Of a stretch of 51,420 nucleotides of DNA, positions 48,101 to 51,420 are shown one piece after another. The notes beneath the pieces are model-generated. The model searched no databases. It saw only the letters and a list, made by a program, of their open reading frames with translations, and was not told where the DNA came from. This stretch comes from Rickettsia typhi (GTDB taxonomy: Bacteria; Pseudomonadota; Alphaproteobacteria; Rickettsiales; UBA1997): contig CAMAWV010000004.1 in the NCBI GenBank assembly GCA_945862075.1, forward strand, positions 1-51,420, in the 5' to 3' direction. Made by a program: the position numbers and the translations under genes. How positions within the stretch are numbered: the first letter of the stretch is position 1; the number at the start of each line of letters is the position of its first letter.

Positions 48101-48227
48101 ATTTATTAATTTTTAAGTCAAAGAGGCAACAAAACAATATTAAAATATTATTGCCTTTATTGTTTTTTGCAAGGTTTAAATGAAAATATCAGCATTATGA
48201 GACTGTTGCATGGTGCAATAGCTTTCA

Positions 48228-51125
48228 TTATTCAAATAAATTTTGAATAGCAGTAGGAACCAAGGCCGAAATTTTATTTACCTCAAGCTTACCTTGTGGG
48301 TTACTTTTATTTTTAACATACTGATATCGAATTCCAAAAACTCCTCCGCCATCATTACCAATGAGTAATTCTTTAAATATATTGCCTAGAATTGGCACTT
48401 TTCCTAAACCAAATAAATTATTCACTACATATGCTGGAATTAATAATCCTTTAAGTTGCATTTCTTGATTAGTTAAATTTATATTTCCTTTACTGGTAAT
48501 ACCAATGACAAGATTATTTGCTAAAAAAGAATTGATGACAAAATTATTCTTACGTAAATCAAAATCGGCTTTTACATTATTAAAGGTAGTTTTATTGTTT
48601 TTAAACACTTTATTTTTAATTTGCGATTTTAACTGGTCGTTAGCCAATTGCTTAATGTTTTCATTTTCAAATATACTGATATTGCCGATATTTGATAATT
48701 TTCCAGATAAATTAAAGCCATCTTGACTTTTTTTCTGCTTAACATCTAGCAATACACCACCTTCTGATAATTGATGATTTTGCATAAAAATATCAGCCAA
48801 ATAAACAATATCTTCGATACTTATTTTCACGATATTTTCTTGCTGATTAAAATTTTCGCTTTTTATGATAATATTTTTATTATCAGGAGTCTCGGCTTTA
48901 ATATTTAAATAATCACAATACCAACCTATACAACTAGCATCGGCAACAACATTATGAATGGTTTTATTATTAAATAAATCGAGTTTCTGCAGAGCAATAG
49001 AAATTTTAAAATTATTCTCACCGTTATATTTAGTATTTTTAAAAAATTCGGCATTATTATTTAAAAAATCGTTGATATTAAAATATTTACCAGTAAGTTT
49101 AATAATCTGCGGAGCGGAAGTGTTTTTTTGTTGATAAGAAAAGCTATAATTTTGTTTAGCAAAATTTTGATTACTAAAATAAATATTCTTGATAAAAAAT
49201 GGTTGATAAGAAAATTGTATCTCACCTTTAAGCTTTTTCTTGCCCAAGATAGTTTTTAGCTCAATGTTATTAATAGAAATATCATTAGCAACTGCAAGAA
49301 TAAAATTTAAATTAGCTTTTTCACCTGATTTTTTATTTAAAGCTAAGTTTTTTAACATTAATTTTGTTTTTTCTAGATCGATATTAATGTTAAAATTATT
49401 ACTATTAAGCGGTTTTGTAACTTTAATATCGGCCTCACCTTCTAAAAATCTATTTTTAACCTGATAAGCTTGGGTGTGTACACTTAAAAAAACATCATGC
49501 AAATCAAATTTTTCTTTATACAGAGGCAGTTCTAAAAATAATTCACTTACAGCATTGCCGTTTAAATATTTCTTTACATTGCTATGAAAATTATCATTAT
49601 TGTTTATTGGCTTTAATAATTCAGAAGCATCGCCAAAAATTGCACCTGATATTTGCAGTAAATATTTTGGATTAGCAAAATCTGGAATAACCACTTTTGC
49701 CTTATTAATTTTACTATTTAAAATACTTGCTTCATCAATATTGATAACCATATTTTTTTTGCTAAAAATCGCCACACCAGAAGCATTGTTAACTTCTGGA
49801 AAATTTGGATGATATTTAAGATTAGTATTTTTAAAATTAACCGAAGCATCAATATTTTGTAAATTTGTTTCATTTGTGCTATGCAACAAAGTAAGATTAG
49901 TGTTGCCAGTAATTTTACCATCTTTAAAATGATGTAAAAACCAAGTTCTGATATTGTTTTGATTTAACACTAAAGGCCAAAAAGTTGCTAATTCGTCTAT
50001 GTTTAAATCTATAACATCAAAATGAAGAAATGATTGATAACTATTGTTTGGCTGTTTTTCAATATTAACTTCTGCCCTTATTTTTCCGTTTGATTGTTGT
50101 TTATCATTCGATATTTTATTTATTAATTCTGCCTCTATATTATTAAAAACAACATTTTTATTTTCTAAATCAACTTTAAATTTAGCATTAAAATTACGAA
50201 AATTAATATTCTCTGAAAATATTTTTTTTTGAATAAAATTGCCATAGTCAATTTTTAAATCAAACTCTACAGATGGTAAAATATCAAGAACATAAGCAAA
50301 AATAATATTACCATAAACTATACCATTTAAATTATCAGGCATTGCTGAATTAGGAAAAAAACCTAGTAAATGATTAGTATTAAAATTTTTGATTTTACTT
50401 TCACACCTGATACTGCTTTGATTTTTTAACACACACAGATTATCGAGATAAAAACTAGACTTATTAACATCAAAACTTAAGCTATTTTTGTTGACTAAAA
50501 TGATTTGCTGATTTTTTATGGTTATTTGCAAATTACTGTTTAACTTCCAGAAACGATATAAACTATTGTTATGAATTACTGTAATTGTACCATCTTTAAT
50601 TTCGATTTGTTTAATTGGTTGAGAACTATTCGAAAATAATTGATAAAAAGTTGTTAAAAACTGATTATTATCATTAGAATTTGCTGATTTTTTGGTATCA
50701 ATGATAAATTCTGGTTTGTTAATGGTAAGTTTGGAGATATTAATTTTAAACAAAAGTAAATCAAGTAACGAGAGCTCGGTTTCGGCTTTTTTAATCAGTA
50801 AGAATTTTTTTTTACTATTAATATCGCCAAAAACCGAAGGAGCGATTGATTCTTGTAAAATTTGCAATCCAGAAAGTGAAATTTTCAGAGTTCCGTATTT
50901 AGTGAAACCAATAGAAGTTTCTTTAATTTTTACTTTACCTAAAAAATTTTTATCGAGATATTGTTGAATTTTTACAGTAATAAAAGGTATAGATCTAGGC
51001 TGCGCCGAAACCAAAGCTATAAAATAAAATAAAATAGTAACAACAGTTAAACTTAAAAAAATCGCAATCTTATAAAATATTGGCACTCTTTTTTTAATGT
51101 TTTGCGAAATTTTTTTAATTTGCAT
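48228..51125 (-). CDS. AsmA-like / YhdP (DUF3971, AsmA_2) protein
   Basis: N-terminal TM anchor, beta-rich body, FWP...IRTW, C-terminal GLLIPAYVVNNLFGLGKVPILG...GGGVFGIRY...VN.ISAL.P. Confidence 0.85.
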   Translation of the reverse strand: MQIKKISQNIKKRVPIFYKIAIFLSLTVVTILFYFIALVSAQPRSIPFITVKIQQYLDKNFLGKVKIKETSIGFTKYGTLKISLSGLQILQESIAPSVFGDINSKKKFLLIKKAETELSLLDLLLFKINISKLTINKPEFIIDTKKSANSNDNNQFLTTFYQLFSNSSQPIKQIEIKDGTITVIHNNSLYRFWKLNSNLQITIKNQQIILVNKNSLSFDVNKSSFYLDNLCVLKNQSSIRCESKIKNFNTNHLLGFFPNSAMPDNLNGIVYGNIIFAYVLDILPSVEFDLKIDYGNFIQKKIFSENINFRNFNAKFKVDLENKNVVFNNIEAELINKISNDKQQSNGKIRAEVNIEKQPNNSYQSFLHFDVIDLNIDELATFWPLVLNQNNIRTWFLHHFKDGKITGNTNLTLLHSTNETNLQNIDASVNFKNTNLKYHPNFPEVNNASGVAIFSKKNMVINIDEASILNSKINKAKVVIPDFANPKYLLQISGAIFGDASELLKPINNNDNFHSNVKKYLNGNAVSELFLELPLYKEKFDLHDVFLSVHTQAYQVKNRFLEGEADIKVTKPLNSNNFNINIDLEKTKLMLKNLALNKKSGEKANLNFILAVANDISINNIELKTILGKKKLKGEIQFSYQPFFIKNIYFSNQNFAKQNYSFSYQQKNTSAPQIIKLTGKYFNINDFLNNNAEFFKNTKYNGENNFKISIALQKLDLFNNKTIHNVVADASCIGWYCDYLNIKAETPDNKNIIIKSENFNQQENIVKISIEDIVYLADIFMQNHQLSEGGVLLDVKQKKSQDGFNLSGKLSNIGNISIFENENIKQLANDQLKSQIKNKVFKNNKTTFNNVKADFDLRKNNFVINSFLANNLVIGITSKGNINLTNQEMQLKGLLIPAYVVNNLFGLGKVPILGNIFKELLIGNDGGGVFGIRYQYVKNKSNPQGKLEVNKISALVPTAIQNLFE

Positions 51126-51420
51126 CAGATAAAACGATGTAAAACTTGTTGAAAAATTTTAAAATCAACACCTTTAATTATTTTAGCTAGCCCAATATTT
51201 TGCAACAAAATAAAGGTAAGTTGTTGATGGTAATTTTTTTTATCTTTAAAAATATGCTGTTCTAAATTAGTTGCTAACCAAGAAAAATCAAAAAACTTAC
51301 CATGCAGTTTAAAACCAGCTTGCTGTAAATGATTATAGGCTTTTGTTGCTTCTTGTAAACTTAACATATTTAACAAAACCGACATTTTCATAGCCATAGC
51401 CATGCCAAGAGCCACTGCTT
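51125..51420 (-). CDS. aroB: 3-dehydroquinate synthase, C-terminal part (5'-truncated by window edge)
   Basis: (E)AVALGMAMAMKMS...DKK....LTFILLQNIG matches the AroB C-terminus. Confidence 0.8.
   Translation of the reverse strand, partial: AVALGMAMAMKMSVLLNMLSLQEATKAYNHLQQAGFKLHGKFFDFSWLATNLEQHIFKDKKNYHQQLTFILLQNIGLAKIIKGVDFKIFQQVLHRFI

Larger units (their letters stand above)
46157..48101. mobile_element. RM islet flanked by ~165-bp imperfect direct repeats (46157-46320 and 47937-48101)
   Basis: Both repeats are the 5' half of the CDGSH gene; no integrase seen. Confidence 0.6.

Overview
AT-rich chromosomal segment of a Rickettsiales-like alphaproteobacterium (rvhB11-type VirB11, DUF2610, alphaproteobacterial ribosomal proteins, cbb3 oxidase) that still encodes purine, Arg, biotin, pantothenate/CoA, NAD and shikimate steps. 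Genes from 1 to 32.35 kb are all on +; from 32.4 kb onward almost all are on -. Gene order is heavily scrambled: many genes that are normally operonic stand alone (rpsL-rpsG without fusA, ddl-ftsQ without ftsA, solitary ccoN, virB11, lpxD, yejE, gspF/pilC, tolR, bioD, gap). Defence genes sit singly among housekeeping genes, and no integrase or transposase was recognised: a type III Res, a PD-(D/E)xK ORFan inside the pur cluster, a DUF4011-helicase-Vsr (Hhe-like) gene, a Sir2-like stub, and a dead type II RM pair flanked by ~165-bp direct repeats of a CDGSH gene. The most unusual region is 32.4-35.2 kb. Two ORFans with non-alignable cores (one resembling a eukaryotic type I membrane protein) sit in matching tandem frames. 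Each frame has a shared 14-mer, a leader with 11-bp repeats and a decayed copy of the hemF/purC junction; in the longer copy the hemF body has been excised between 11-bp microhomologies. This is a candidate effector-cassette system (inference). No rRNA, tRNA or CRISPR array was recognised. All alignments were done by eye.
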